Shown: positions 38,330 through 52,467, counted from the first letter of the stretch. The stretch: DNA of 64,000 nucleotides from Camelus ferus (GCF_009834535.1 NC_045697.1:112470001-112534000), one strand, 5' to 3'. The notes: generated by a model from the letters alone, not told the origin. Translations and numbers: made by a program.

Positions 38330-39800
38330 AGTAGTTCTTACTTTATTATTTGCATTTATTATTTAACCCATGGGTTATATATTTTTTAAAATTTCAAGTG
38401 ATTGTGGTCTTGGGGTGCCTCTCCAAACTTCATTATCAATAGATCTTTTTGTTAAACTATTTTTAGAACATGACATTTAATTTCTTCCTTTTGCAATTTA
38501 TTGAAATTTTCTTCATGACTTCTTAACAGATTTGCTTTAGAAAAATATTTCAATATTTTAAAAGATATGTATTTCTGTTATAGAATACAGTGCCTGGTGC
38601 ATAATTTTTAAATCAAGTGGATATCATAAAACAATCTGTCTTTTATTTCTTATTTATTTTTAATGTGTAGGATCTATCAATGACTGAGGGAGAGAGGTGT
38701 TAACATGTCTCCTGTGTATCAGATTTTGATATTTCTCACCAGATTAATATTTGGTGTGACCTTATTTCTTTCCTTTTGGGTACCAGTTACATTACCTTCT
38801 AAAGTTGGAGTGTAGCTGCAGAGTGATGGCAGAGCCTTGCCCAGATCCTGTGCTCTGCAGTCATCCTCAGGGTTGCTCTGTTGTTCTGAAACGGGGTGAT
38901 TTCCTTGGCCCACAGACTGGGTCTTGAACGGTCCCTCAAGTGGGGTTCCTGGTGACAATGGTCTTTCTCCTTTCTTCAGGGTCTTCCTCTGCCCTGAGCG
39001 TTGATGTTGTACTCATGGTGTTCAAATGCGAGCCTCCTCCCTTCCCCACCAGTTGTCTCTGAACCTTACCCATTTTCTGATTAGTTTGTCCCTTAGTTTT
39101 GCCACCTTGGTGTCTGCCCTGCTTTTTTGGTACCTAATAATAATGAGCCACTCATTCTCAACTTGTTAGTTAAGTTTCACCCTGATTTTGGCCGCTATGT
39201 TGACTGTTATAATGTATATTCCTATGTTATGAGTCTTTGCCTTTTTAATATTTTCATAAATATTTTATTATAAAGCTGGGAAAGTGGTTCAAAAGATAAC
39301 AGATATTTTTAATCAAAATTCTACAAACATTAATTTTAGTGGATACATACTGTAGTGTCTTACAGGTACACTCTTTCATGGATTTTCACAATTTAATGAT
39401 TACAAATAGGCTAACAAAAATCATTTGTAGCCATCTCTATTTCAGATTTCTTTAGAATAAATTCAAGAAGTAGAATGACTGAGTGATTGAATATGAACAT
39501 TTCTGAGCCTTTGATAGGTTGTGAAAAAGTTCCTTCCACATAGTTTGAATCCAGCTATGCTTACGTCAGTGCCACCTGAGAGCCTTTGTTTCAGTAATTC
39601 TCGGCTATTTTGGAAGTTTTTGTTCAAATTATTTTTATCCCAATTGCATGGCAAAATGATATGTCGTTGATTTAACTGACATTTCATTGGTTAGTGATTT
39701 TTGTGCTTTCTTCCTATTTTGTTCTCTCCTTGTGTTTCCACTTTAGCATGTTATATGATGTACTTTGCCCATTATCTGTTGACTTCCAGAATATTTCTTA
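38330..39800 (-). mobile_element. Decayed old L1 (L1ME-type) fragments
   Basis: ggatctatcaatgactgagggagagaggtgttaa; agaataaattcaagaagtagaatgactgagt. Confidence 0.5.
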
Positions 39801-40744
39801 TCAGTAAATGTTCCAGTTCAGTATGAATTACCAGCTACTATTTTTCTATAGAAATATATCTTTTTTTCAAAACATTTTAGCAGAAATTATATCTAATTTG
39901 CAAGCATCCATCTTTCATGAACACAGATATGAAGACCAAAATCTAATTTAAGTTTTATTTCTAAAATCCTGTCAGATAATTGGAGATGTAGACCCAGAAA
40001 TCTGTTGTCCAACAGTTATTTGCATGGACAATATTAGTGTGATATTTTGTTGTTCGATTCTCAAGATGAGAAAGAAAACAAAACATTTTGAAATGAATGC
40101 TATCCACTTTTTATAAGAAAAGGACCCTGTTGCCTTGGAGAATATATTTTCTAGTTAAGCGAATTTAAATGCCTGCAGGGGATGTAATGCTCCTGGTTAA
40201 ATCCTAGGAGCCCTAATGGTTCTAGGTCATGTTCTAGGTCACGTGCATGCTTTCACCCAGCTTAAAACTTTATCTTTGATGTTGACTCTAGAAAAAGAAT
40301 TTTCCATACATTTGTAAGTCAATTCTGTTTCCATCTCAGCATATATTTCTTCTTACATGTAATTAAAAATAAAATAATCCCTATTGTAGAAAACATACTT
40401 TTTTGTCCAAAACCCCTGCATGTCCACATTTATGATTATATTGTCAAATTGTCTTTTGGATTTACAGACTTTAAACAGATGCCCTGTGAGCTTTTATAAT
40501 CCAGATTATAAATGATTTTTAAATTTGAGACATTTATGACTATATCTTGATAAGGAAAATTAAATCATTGAAAATCAATTATATGTTTGTTTTTCAACCA
40601 ATAGAATTATTCAGCTTTATTTATAGGAACCTTTGAAAGCCAATTAATCTATTCCCTTATCTCAAAGTAGAATAATACTTAGACTAAATACATTGGGAGA
40701 AACACACAAATGCATTTTTAACAAAGTTGGTTCACTATACCGTT

Positions 40745-40900
40745 GTTTTTCTGACATCTATATTAGCCCTGCTGCTGATTCCTGATTATGGTTCTAGGGA
40801 GGGAAAGTACTTTTCTCTTGTCTCTAACACCCTTCAAATATTGGAAGATCACTTTTAGGTCATGCCTCAATTTGACATCTGTATTTAACTTTCTGCTGCA
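40745..40900 (-). mobile_element. CR1/L3 LINE fossil (ORF2 C-terminus)
   Basis: ORF 40763-41056 contains LRHDLKVIFQYLKG, similar to the CR1 motif RLRGDLIxVFKYLKG. Confidence 0.65.
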
Positions 40901-43900
40901 TTCCCATGTTAGCATCCTCTCCTTCAAGTGCAGTAACAACTCTGGAATTGTTGGAGTGATGAGGGCCAAACACACTCTTACATTTTCCCAGATCCCAGCT
41001 GGGTTTGTGTCTGTTAGCTTGGAGGGTCTCAGAAAACTCTTAGTTATGGAATGCAATGAGGATGTCTTTGGTTCCTTGACGACACCACAGAGTTGTTTTG
41101 TGTATAATCCCCTGGATTTATGCTCGATTAAATAATTATATTATCCTAGGCTGATGAGCATCCAGCTGGCAACCTGGGATGAAGACAGAAGTGGCAAAGG
41201 AGTAGATTGTGAGCAGAGAATGTCCATCTTATGTCATTTTTTAAGTGTCTCTCTGACTTTAATCCATGGGTACAACCCAATTACTCTGACTGATGAGCAT
41301 CAGGAGGGTCTTTGTAACTCCCTTTACCCCATGATATGTTTACCTTTCTCACTGGGTCTTCATGTTACACTGTGCCTGTCTGTGCTTCTGCACCTTCGTG
41401 TTCTTGTTCATAACAATTGTAACTACTTTACAGGAAGATTAGAAACTTTTTTTGCTTATTAAGAAGCTGATTATGGTAATTTGCTGACAGAATATCACTT
41501 TGAAATATTTAGGAAGTATATTTTTACACATAATAGAGAATAGTTCTAGCCAGCACTAATAGAGGAGAAAAAATATTTCGTCTCATCATAGAAATACGCT
41601 ACTTTTTCAGTTACTGACTCATTTTCAGCATTTTTATGTCTTTAGCAAAATAGCTTAATGCTCAGAAATGTCCAAAGCATCCTAGTCCAGCTGATGAAAT
41701 TAACTGTCCTTTATTTCGGAGGCACAGTCATGTGGCAGCACCCCCAAAACACTGGTCTCACTGTACCCCGACAATGGCTAAGACATACTTACTTTCTCCT
41801 TCCTTCATTGAATAATTATTTATCGTGTAACACTATGCTCCAGACATTGTGATAGGTACTTCGTTAAAACAAAACCTACTAAAGAGGTTTTTAAAGTTAG
41901 TTTTCATATCATTATGATTTTAATAACTTTCACTTTGTAATTACTGTTATGATATTTCCTTTCCCTCACTTCCCAGATATTCCGTCCTCCTCTCAAGCCA
42001 ACAACCGTCTTCCCCAAATTGTATCAAATGGTTTCAGTCCACATCCATGATGACAGATCCTTAACAGGGATTATTTGTCAGTTCTTGGTGATAAGTGACA
42101 TTCTTAATCAGTGTTTTCACTTAACATCTATTAATTCCTTTAAGAAAAAGTGCAGTGTGGTTTACTGATTTAAAACAGAGTCTTCTGGGCTTGCATATCA
42201 ACTCTGCCTCTTTTTAGCAGTTGGTTGCTAATCTGAACACTTGGGTTCTTAATGGGTAGATGAAAGAGATCAATGAGATAATGACAATACGCAGTTAACA
42301 CTGAATGAGTACCACTCAATAACTGGCATTTATAGTAGAGAAGCATGTTGAACTCTTTATGATTAAATGTGAAATGTATTATATTATCGAAGAATCCAGC
42401 ATTACTGTTGGCCATTTATGGACTCAGTTAAAGAAAGGGCTTCCTATCTTGAACAGAAATTTAGTTCAGAAAAATCATCCTGCAGAGTGTTTTTCTAATG
42501 ATAAGACCCATGACATACCTCCTTGGAAAATGTGTATATTTTTAGCCAGTACTCACACAAATTATGTAGTGGTCTTAGCTACAGGAAATAAAAATGAGCC
42601 CTGGTGTGTCCAACTGAACCCACACTTGAAAAGCAGATGCGTATTTAGAAAAACAGAAGTTATTTTTCATCGTTTAGGGCTCACAATGTTCAGTCTTTAA
42701 CAATATTATAAATCCCAAGATATAAAATGAACCAACAAAACATTATTTTTGGAAGGTTGTATTTCCAGAAGGCATATCGTTTGTTCTTAATTGTTTTTTC
42801 CTTCTTTTTTAGTTATTTTTATTAGCCAAAGCCATCAATGCCTTGTAATAATTAAATAACTCCTTCCCACACAACACGTTTTCTGTAACTCAGAACAAGG
42901 ATGCTTGGCCAGATTTTTTTTTCACAGTTCAATCTTTCCCTTGTTCCAGTTGTAGCCTCTCTTGGCTCACGCCAATCCAGAAAAGTGGTGAGGAGTGCAT
43001 AACCATAATTATCTTTCATAATAGAGATGATTTTCATGCACTAAGACCGAGTTGAGAGTTGCACTACAGAATTGTTGCAGGAATGTAGAAAAAAACTCAA
43101 TTGGCCTTTGCCTCTGAGAAATCAGTAATAACTGTACCTCTTTTTAGGTGCCCAAGATTTTATTTTTGATAACTATGTATTATTTTTACCACACAAAAAG
43201 TTTTAAAGTACAGTATTCTCTCTTCAGTCTATTCCTTGGTGTCAATGGGAATTCAGCAAATGAAATGACAATAGGGTATGTTTCAAAGGGAAGGTGCTAT
43301 TGTTGAGAGCATAATATGACATGTTACTATTACGATTTTGTGCTGTTGGGTTGAGAATATAAACCTTTTGGATCTGAGTATTCAGAATTTTATTTTTTAT
43401 CTTTAACTCCATGATGGCACCATACGCATAAATAAGAGATTCGCCTATAATACATGATTTTGAAAGGGTTGAAAATCTCTTTTTATATAACAGCAAATTT
43501 AACTTGGACTAAATCTGTGATTTATTGCCTCTAAAAACCTCATAAAACTAATATTTTTGGTTTATCTAGGGATTTTAAGTAAATTAAAAATCAAAGTACG
43601 TATTAGATTGATATGAAGTCCTATTTAAACAGAATCATGAAATGCAAATTTTGCTGTACCTGGAATATTAGATCCACTACGTGGAAAGCATTTCAATTGC
43701 TGGAAAAATAATCCTGTATTTTTGGAGATGGCAGATGAGATTATGTAGATGAAAGACATATATTAAAAGGAGAGATGGAGAAAAACTTATTAAATGGTCC
43801 CTAGGTTAAGGTTATGTATTCAAGCAATTGACAGCATAAAAAAGACTTTTGGGTTCTGTGTCTCATAAGTAAGTGAATTCCTTCAATAAAATATAAGGAG

Positions 43901-44489
43901 AAGACCATTTTATTTGATTTCATTAGTTAAAAAAAATTACTGTTAACTTTTCTACTCACACAGAAGCATTGCTTCATTTATATGTTCAGACAAAGTCATC
44001 AGTGAGGTTTGTTTCCTTGACCTTAATAATAGATCAAGCAGTATGGATCAAAAGCTGAAGGGCTGTGGAACACAAATGAAAACGATGATAAAGTGGTGCT
44101 TACTGTGCAACATTTCTTACTTGAATTTTGGAAGTCTGCAAGTCTATAATTCATACAAAAGCCTAGAAGAGCAAATTATAAATACTCAGTTTTGGAAGTT
44201 GGCAAATTTATCACTTACATAAAGTGCTAGCTTAGAATAGCAAATAATACTTGCTTGTTTGAATAAACTTCTGCAATAGCAATTGCATTTGTATAATTAA
44301 ATTATTCTCCAAATTTAAAAAAGTATTTTTTATCCAAAGTATGGAAATTCTTATCTCTTCCTTATTTAATTCCCTTATCTTAAAGTAGAGATAAGGTATC
44401 TAAAAAGTAATAAGTACCTTATCTAAAGTATGGAAATTCAATATAATTTAATTCAACTTATATTTATTGTGTATTTTTATAGGTAAGAA

Positions 44490-46355
44490 ATGACTGGTCG
44501 AGCTGCTTATTAGTCATCTGTGTGTCTTCTTTGGTGAGGTGTCAAGATCTTTAGTCCATTTTTTGAATCACTTGTTCATTTTTATTGCTGAGTTTTAAGT
44601 ATTCTTTGTATATTTTGGGTAACAGTCCTTTATCAGATGTGACTTTTGCAAATATTTTATCCCAGTCTGTGGCTTGCTTCTCATTTTTTTTTTTTTTGAC
44701 ATTGTCCTTTGCAGAGCAGGATCTTTTTAATGTTTGTGAACTCCAGCTTGTCAATTACTTCTTTTACAGATCATACCTTGATGATATAGCTAAAACAGTC
44801 CTCATCAGATTCAAGGTCATCTAGGTTTTCTCCTGTTATCTTCTGGGAGGTTTATTGTTTTGCATTTTACATGTAGTTCTGTGATCCATTCTGACTTAAC
44901 TTTTTTTTTTCCTTTTTGCTTGTAGATGTCCTGTTGTTCCAGCACCATTTGTTGAAAAACTCTTTGCTCCATTACATTGCCTTTGTTCCTTTACAGAAGA
45001 TCAGTGCATCATCTCTAGGCTTTGTGTTCTGTTCCAGTTGACCTCGCTGTCTATTCATTCACCAACTTTCTCCATTTCATCTGTAGTTTAGTGTCTGACA
45101 TTAATTCTGGGGAGATTTCTCAGTCATTATGGCTCAGATATCATACTGTTCCTTTCTCTCTTTCTTTTCATTCTGCTAGTCCTGTTATGCCTATTACACA
45201 ACATTTATGCTTGTCCCACAGTTCTTAGATATCCTGTTCTGTCCTTTCTCCTTTCAAGTTTTAGAAGTTTCTCCTGTCAAATCCTCGAGCTCAAAGTCTT
45301 TCCTCAGCCGTGTTCAGCCTGCTGTGAACCCATCAAATGCTTTCTTCACCTCTGTTACAGTGGTCTTGACCTCTAGCATTTCTCTTTTATTCTTTCTTAG
45401 AATGTCCATCTCTCTGAGTACATTATCCACCTGTTCTTGCATATTGTCTACTTTTCGATTAAATCCCTCAACATAGTCATCAAAGCTTGTTAAAATTCCA
45501 GCTTTGGTGCTCTGTCTGACTCTGGTTCTGACACTTGCACAGTCTCTTCAAACGTTGTTTCTGCCTTTCACTGTGCCTTATAATTGTCCATTGAAAGATG
45601 GACATGAGGCATTAGGTAAAGGGAAGGAGGGTAAACAGGCCTTCAGTAACGCAGTGGCGAGGGGTGGGGGTAGGGGGAAGCGTTCAGCATCCCGTGATGG
45701 GTTTCAGCTTTTCATGAGCCTTGCTCCTGGGCTGTGAATGTCACACGTGCTTCTCAGTTTTCAGGTGGGACAGGTTAGCGAGAGGGCTGGAGTTGCTGCT
45801 CCCCCAGCCACCACCTCCCAGGTCAGTCAAGCTGTGATAAAAGCCCAGCAGGTTAGGCTCTGGTTAATGAGTTTCTCCTGAGGTCAAGCTCGTTAAGAAG
45901 GGCGTGCTCTGGCATATTTGAAAGTGGTTCCTTTAAACACTAGCCCCACAAGAAGCACGGGCGGATTTTTCTCTGCTACTCACTGTGAGACCCTGGGCTG
46001 AGCTCCTGGACGTAAAACTCACGAGAGGGTGGAGGTCTGCTCCGACTGGATCTCCCTGAGTTTTTAACTCTCAGACTTGTCCACACTGAGGCTCCAGGGC
46101 TGGTTCATTGGCATTTAGGTTTTCCCACCTAGGCACTAGTTCCTGGGGAGGTTTCTGCTCTAGTAAGTTGTGATTCTCTTTATCCACCTGTTTGTCTCTT
46201 CAGTTTTGAGAGCAGTGGTTTGCTCTGGGACCTCACTGCTCTGATGGATTTAAGAAAAGTTGCTGATTTTTTAGTGCGTTCAGCTTTTTACTGGTTGTGA
46301 GGACGGAGTGGTGACTTCTAAGCTCCTTACATGCGAGACTGGATACTGGAAGTCT
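44490..46355 (-). mobile_element. Old L1 (L1MC/MD-like): ORF2 3' segment (~44490-45060) abutting a 5' UTR/ORF1-start segment (~45060-46355)
   Basis: ORF 44551-44754 (QATDWDKIFA..SDKGLLPKIYKE) is ORF2; gacttctaagctccttacatgc...ctggaagtc resembles an L1MC/MD 5' terminus. Confidence 0.75.
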
Positions 46356-46739
46356 GAAGTACCAGTTTTATGTGAAGTGAATGATGACTTCCTAAAATTA
46401 TGAGGGTGAAATTGTGTTGGAGGATAAAAACTGAATTCTTTCTATCCTCTTGCAAAAGATTCTTCTTCTTTGGTTCAGTACCACACTAGAAAGGGCCAAC
46501 CTTGTATCACCGGAAAGTTTTCACGATTAACGTTTCGGCTGTTTTCTTTCGATAACAGAAGAAATGTGCATTTGGAAAGTTTCATTTGTAGCATTTCATG
46601 TAATGGTTTTTGTATGTGTGGTGCAGAGTGGAAAGTTGCACATCTAAAAAAATTTATTTTTTTGTCCTTTGGGAGCTTCTAGTCTAAATTGAATTAGCTT
46701 CCCTTTATGTAGCAAGCATTCTTTCTTGTGTATGATACC

Positions 46740-46870
46740 ATTTTATGATCCTCAGTTTATTCATCTGTGAAATGGGATAAATCACAGCTCCCTGATGACG
46801 AGTGTTGTTGCAATGAGATAATCATACTCCTGTGTCCAACAGAGTCCTTAGTAAATGGGAGATGCTCCCA
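46740..46870 (+). mobile_element. MIR fragment
   Basis: cctcagtttattcatctgtgaaatgggataa core. Confidence 0.75.
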
Positions 46871-49029
46871 GTTTTTAGAGGATCCTCCGCTAAGTTGGAA
46901 ATTTTGCTCTGTGAGGCTAATAAAGAGTAAACTACAGATGTTAAAACAGATTAAAAAACCCAAAATCATATCCGTAGGTTAGGATAATCTAAAAGAAGTA
47001 TGGCTAATGGGAATAGAAAGTGAATGTACTACACATTATTTCTAGATTTGCTTCTATTTTTGTGCCTTTAGGTTTTAAATTAGTGTTGGAAATTACCCAC
47101 AGGAGTCCTTTTAGGTCTGTTCTTCTGTGGCATTGTGGAATCAGATTTTTCAAAATGTGCTGAAGCAGAATTGGGTGGTGCCAGAGTTCAACATGAAGGC
47201 CACCAGAAACATTTGCTCACCTTGGCTGTTTCCTCGGGGATCTAACCAAGTGCCCGTCTGTACCAGACCACTGGATCCAGCTTGGTGATGGGGGGATGCT
47301 GTGCAGTATACGTCGTTAAAAAACAAGGTGTACTCTTTTGGGAGGAATCTTTTTGCCTAGGGCATCGATGCTCTTTTCTGCATAAAAAGCAGGGCATTTC
47401 CTTTGGCTGTTGTCACTGCCCTCATGCCTCAGAACCAATTCCACGTTGCCCCTTTATCAGCCGGGGAGGGAACCATCACAGCAGCACTCACACTTGAAGT
47501 GCCCCCTTTAGAAAGCATGTGGCAAGGTGAATCATCAGCCTATCAACTGAATTCTGTGTGGTGCTTGCTCCAGGAGAAAGCCAGCTGATTATTTAAAGCA
47601 AAAACCAGAAAACCAAAAAGCAAAACTTTCAGCTACATCCCACCTCATCTGACTGTATTTCTCACTTCTTACCCACCTGAGCCCCTCGCTTCTTGCAGTT
47701 TTCTGAGCAGAGACAGTGGAAGCACCAATTGGTGACTTTTTTTGTCCCCACAGAGTTCAGGTAAAATGCCATGTGCCCCAAGTGAGGGGGAGGATGAAGG
47801 GACGTATAGTAAATGGGAGACCTTCCCTCTAAAATTACCACTTACATATCTTTTCTAGTGACATCTAGGGGAAAAAAAATCTCAACATGCGCGATCTTTG
47901 AGACTTGAGATTTGGGGCCGAATAATGCCACCAGGAGTTTTTCATGTCGACTCTAATTTCAGTATTCCACTTGGCTGCTGCTGATTTGCAGCAGTGGTCT
48001 GTGAGGGTGTGACTCATTATAATCCTGTTTCTCCTCTGCTTAAAATGGACTGCAAGTCAAGATGAAGGCACCGAATTTGGCTAATTTCAGATCACATTGC
48101 TTGCTTCATGGCTTTGAAAATGAGATGGCAATTTATGAATTGGTCTATTTTAACACATACATTTCTCTGCCGTTACTCTCAACAGATGAGAGTGATCATG
48201 TGGTGCCCAGTTCCTTGATGCTTCTGTACAGTGGCCTCAAAGTGATTCTCTGAGTTAACAGTACAGATGACGTTTGTACGTATGCTTTCTAGGAAATATG
48301 TGAAGCTTTTTAATGAAGTAAAAATTTTACTATTCCTTTCTGCTTCCTTTTCTTTTTCAATTTCTTATAAAAGTGGCATCTTCTAGATTGTAAATAAATT
48401 CAAAGACATGTTGAAAACCAAATTGGAGGGAGGATGGTGCAGATAAGAATTACTGTAAAAAAAGGTTTTCATCTGTTGCTTCATTTCTTATTATGCAGAT
48501 TTCTTGGCAAAAGATAACATGGGGGAGGGTCTGTAAATTAATATATTTAACCTGATGGCAGTAAGAAATGTAGCATCTGTTCCTGGTGTTCTTGAGGATA
48601 ATTTACTTCATTAATACATAATTTCATGCCTGTGAAAGAGAGAAACTCTTGACTGCTGAGGTGAAATGAGAAGTCAGGCTTCACTGGAGAAGAGCAAACT
48701 TGTGTTCTCTGGAGAATTTGACATTTACGGGGAATATGCATATGCATGTGTGGGGAGGAGGCGGCTTTGGGGAAAGTAGCCTCTTGAGGCTGTTTTCATA
48801 ATTTGGAAAACACCAATACGTGAATAACTTGTTCTGCCCTGCTGGCAATGTAGACAGGCTGACATGCACAGGACAGAGCAAGCAGGCCTGTGTACACTTG
48901 CCAGCCAGATGTTCCGAGACAGTTTATTAGCAGTGTCCTTAGATGATGTCTTCATTAGCTTCTTCAGGCAAGATGACTGTTAGTCTAGTATGGCTTTAGT
49001 AGAGCCCTGGATAAAAGGCACCCATATTG

Positions 49030-49315
49030 GGAAAAACCAGGCTAAACAGGTGTGAAGGTAAAGGTGTAGTTACCAGATTTCCCAGTCGCTCACCAGGAGA
49101 GAGAAGGACTCAAGATCTGGTTTCTCCAACCCAGCAGAAGGCAGGCAGGCCAAGGCAACAAGGAGGATCTAGAGCTTGGTGACACTTATTTGTGCTTCTG
49201 GATCGAGCTATGCCTGAAGCTGGGTTACCAAAAGATTTTTCTAGTAACTCAAGCAATTAAGTTCCTTTTATTTTTTACATTGATTTGAGTAAGGTTCTGT
49301 TATCACAACCAAGCC
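49030..49315 (+). mobile_element. MaLR LTR fragment (MLT1J/K-like)
   Basis: ctggatcgagctatgcctgaagc...attaagttcctttt...ttgagtaaggttctgttatcacaacc. Confidence 0.7.
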
Positions 49316-50435
49316 TGCTGTACAACCAGGAAAGCTAGTACTTAATAGTGAACTCATGAATTTCCAAGAAGAAGATAGAAACAAAAAACTCTTTGGATAA
49401 AGGTACAATGAAGCAGATTAATCTCTTAAAAATAGAAGATCTGGTTTCTGCATTATTGTGTGTGTATGTGTGTATTTTCATATCTTCCAAACCAAACTAG
49501 GAAACCTGGGCTACAGTAAAGGCATTTTTTTTCCTTTTGCCACAAAAGTAAGAAGAAGCAGTGTGCTGTGCTGTCCGTAGACAATAAAGAGGCACTCACA
49601 GAATATACTTACATTCTTATAAACCCCTGGAGTTCCTAGGATTCTGAGAAGTTTTCTTCCTTAGAGGGCTCAGCTTGTATCTTTGAGCTTTAAGTATTTT
49701 TTTTTTTTTTTTAGGGACATGTCAGAAAAGTTCTTATTTTATGAAAATCTTTCTTGGCTAAATTATTCCAAAAGTGCTTACATATTAAAACAGTATTATT
49801 TCCCTCCAAAAAAAAATTTAAATAAAATCAGTGAACAAAATCTGCTAGAATAGTTATATTTGTGTGCTAGTCTGAATCAGGAACTTTCCTGATTTTGACA
49901 GTTCAACATGTAAGTAATATTTCTCAACTTCAAGAATTTATCTAGTGTGGCATCTTAAATCATGATGTACAAAATTTACCAATGATAACTGGTTTGACCT
50001 TTGTCCAGCAAGTTTTAGAATTTTCTTGTTTTTGAAAGTAACAGAATTTCATATATAATTCTCTGATAACTTAGAGAATTCTGTGCTTTTCGTGCCTTTT
50101 AAATATTTCTGCCTTTTACTTTTGACTCTTCAGCTCATTTGTTCCAAGAGTATAATTTGACCATTATCAAAATAAAACAGAATAATATATAATAGAATAG
50201 TATTGAGTCAGAGTCTTTGAAATCTGTGAAAGACAATGGAGAATAAATCTCAGCAGAAGCGTGGTTCACTGAAGATAAATGAAGAGATTCTGTGAAACTG
50301 TTTAATCTGTGAATCAAGAATTTCCTCTCATGAGAATCTGTGCTCCATTCTTTCCCTCAACCCTTCCCTCCCTTATTTTTGTAATAATGGAAATACAGTA
50401 AAGATACATAGCTGGATATTTGGACATACAATAAA

Positions 50436-50921
50436 CATTTTAGCTATTGATGCATAACCAGCCACTCCATAATCGAATTGCTTAAGTAAATTAAGTACTA
50501 TGTTTGCTCATGATTTTGTAACTTGGGCAGGGCTCAGCCGGTGCTGCCTCTGCTGGTACTGCTGGTGGTCAGTCACGTGACTGAAGTCAGCTGACATGCT
50601 AGTTAAGCTCGGCTCAGCTCTGATGTCTTTTTCCACGTAGTCTCAGGACCTCTTATGTATCATATGTGAATGACCCCTTCAGCTACATGGCCAAAGAACT
50701 CAGCTGGTGTCACAGGGCTCCCCAAAGCACAAAAGCACAAGCATTTCAGGGCATCTTAGGCTTAGGTTGAGAATTAGCACATTGTCGATTTAATTGCACT
50801 TTATTAATTAAAATGAACCAGAGGGACAGCCCCAAATCAAGAGAATTTGATAACACTAGGGCATGAATAGTAAGCAATGGCTTACTGTGACTGTAATCGA
50901 CTGCTAATGGAACTGACTACC
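50436..50921 (-). mobile_element. MaLR LTR (MLT1G/H-like)
   Basis: gctattgatgcataac...ttgctcatgattttgt..ttgggcagggctcagc...cttaggcttaggttgagaattagcacattgtc. Confidence 0.75.
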
Positions 50922-52467
50922 GCGTTGATATTAATACACTGCTTATAGCAGTGTTCACTCTTTCCATAATAATGTTGTGATATTAATATTAAGGAAGGAT
51001 GTCTATATGTGACTTAAAGTGCAAATAAATACTTCTTTTAGAATACGTGTGTTGTAAAATTCTGTTTTATTTTGATCATGGTCAAATTGTGACTACTGAA
51101 AAGTAGATAAAATTGATCAAAAAGAAAAGACACACTAATCCTTTTACAAATGAGTGTAAATAATTAGCAAATCTTCTAGACTAGAAGATTCATTGAATTG
51201 CTATGTTGGAAACCCTTACTGTTTTATTAAATTAGAACTTAATATGAGGCCATAAGTTTATTCTCTATTCTGGTAATATTTTCTTAGGTTTCCATTTCAT
51301 AATGAACTTTACTAAAAATAAGAAGAAATGTTATCTAGACAAATACATTACAATAAAAATTGAACATATTTATTAATATTGTAAAGAATAGAATTTCCAT
51401 AAAAATATTGGCTCTGGAAATCACTACAATTGTTGATTGATTTATGGTAAAGAAATGTAATCATTGTGACCATCTGATTTCCATTTTCAATTTTCAATTT
51501 GGCTGAAAATACAAACTCTCTTTTGTTTGGTGACTTTTCCCTTGCATTTCCTAGAATAGGGGTCTTCCTGAAATAGTAGAACAATTTTTTGGCAAAGATG
51601 CCCAAGGAGAAGATATTTGCTGTTTGTAGCACAAAGAATGTTAATACCGTAATACAAAATATATTTTACAATGGAATAAGAAGCAAATACATAATTCAGT
51701 AAGAAAAGAGACGCATATATCAATAAGCAACTTACAGAGGAAGAAATGAAAAAGGCCATAAATGGATTTTTTAAAATGCTCAATTTCCTTAAAAAAAAAA
51801 GAAATGCAAATTAAAGTAATAATGGGATATAATTTTCTATCTATCAAATTGGCAAGGGTTTTGCAAAAACAGACTGATGAAACAGTGGTGGCATTGCAAA
51901 TGTGATTTCTAAACATCAACACAGAAGTTGAGACCCAGAAATGGACCCAAACCAGCTCTTAACAAAGAAGATAAAATAGTCGTGTCTAAGGTGCCTGTAA
52001 GCTAGTCCTTGAATTTCTAACTTCAGCTGTTATTCATTTCTAAAAGTTCTATGTAGTTCTTTTTCAAAAATACTAGGTTATTTCATATAGTTTCCTATTT
52101 ACTGATATTATTTTAAATATTATCTTTTTATTTATTAGAACATAGTAACAAGCATAGTTGTTTCTAATCTGGTTCTTCAAACTCTAATATTTAATGTATT
52201 TCCGAGTCTTTTCTTGCTCTGTTTCTTCTAGTTCATGGTTCCTTATTTCCTAATGTACTTAACTCTTCTTTTTTTCTTATGAACTGCTTATTATTTCTAT
52301 TATTATTATTATTAGAAAATTATTTGTTGGAGTTGTTTGAATCCTAAGAGGAGAACTCTTTTGTCCAAGAGATACTTGATCTTCCTCTATCAAGCACTTC
52401 GGGTCACTAGGCGCACACCCTGGCATTTAACGCTCTCTCGTACTCCCTGTAAATCCAGCAAAACAAA

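Noticed and set aside
50134..50200. Acceptor ttttgactcttcag|CTCATT
   Set aside because: Runs into AT-rich low complexity and stops, with no donor
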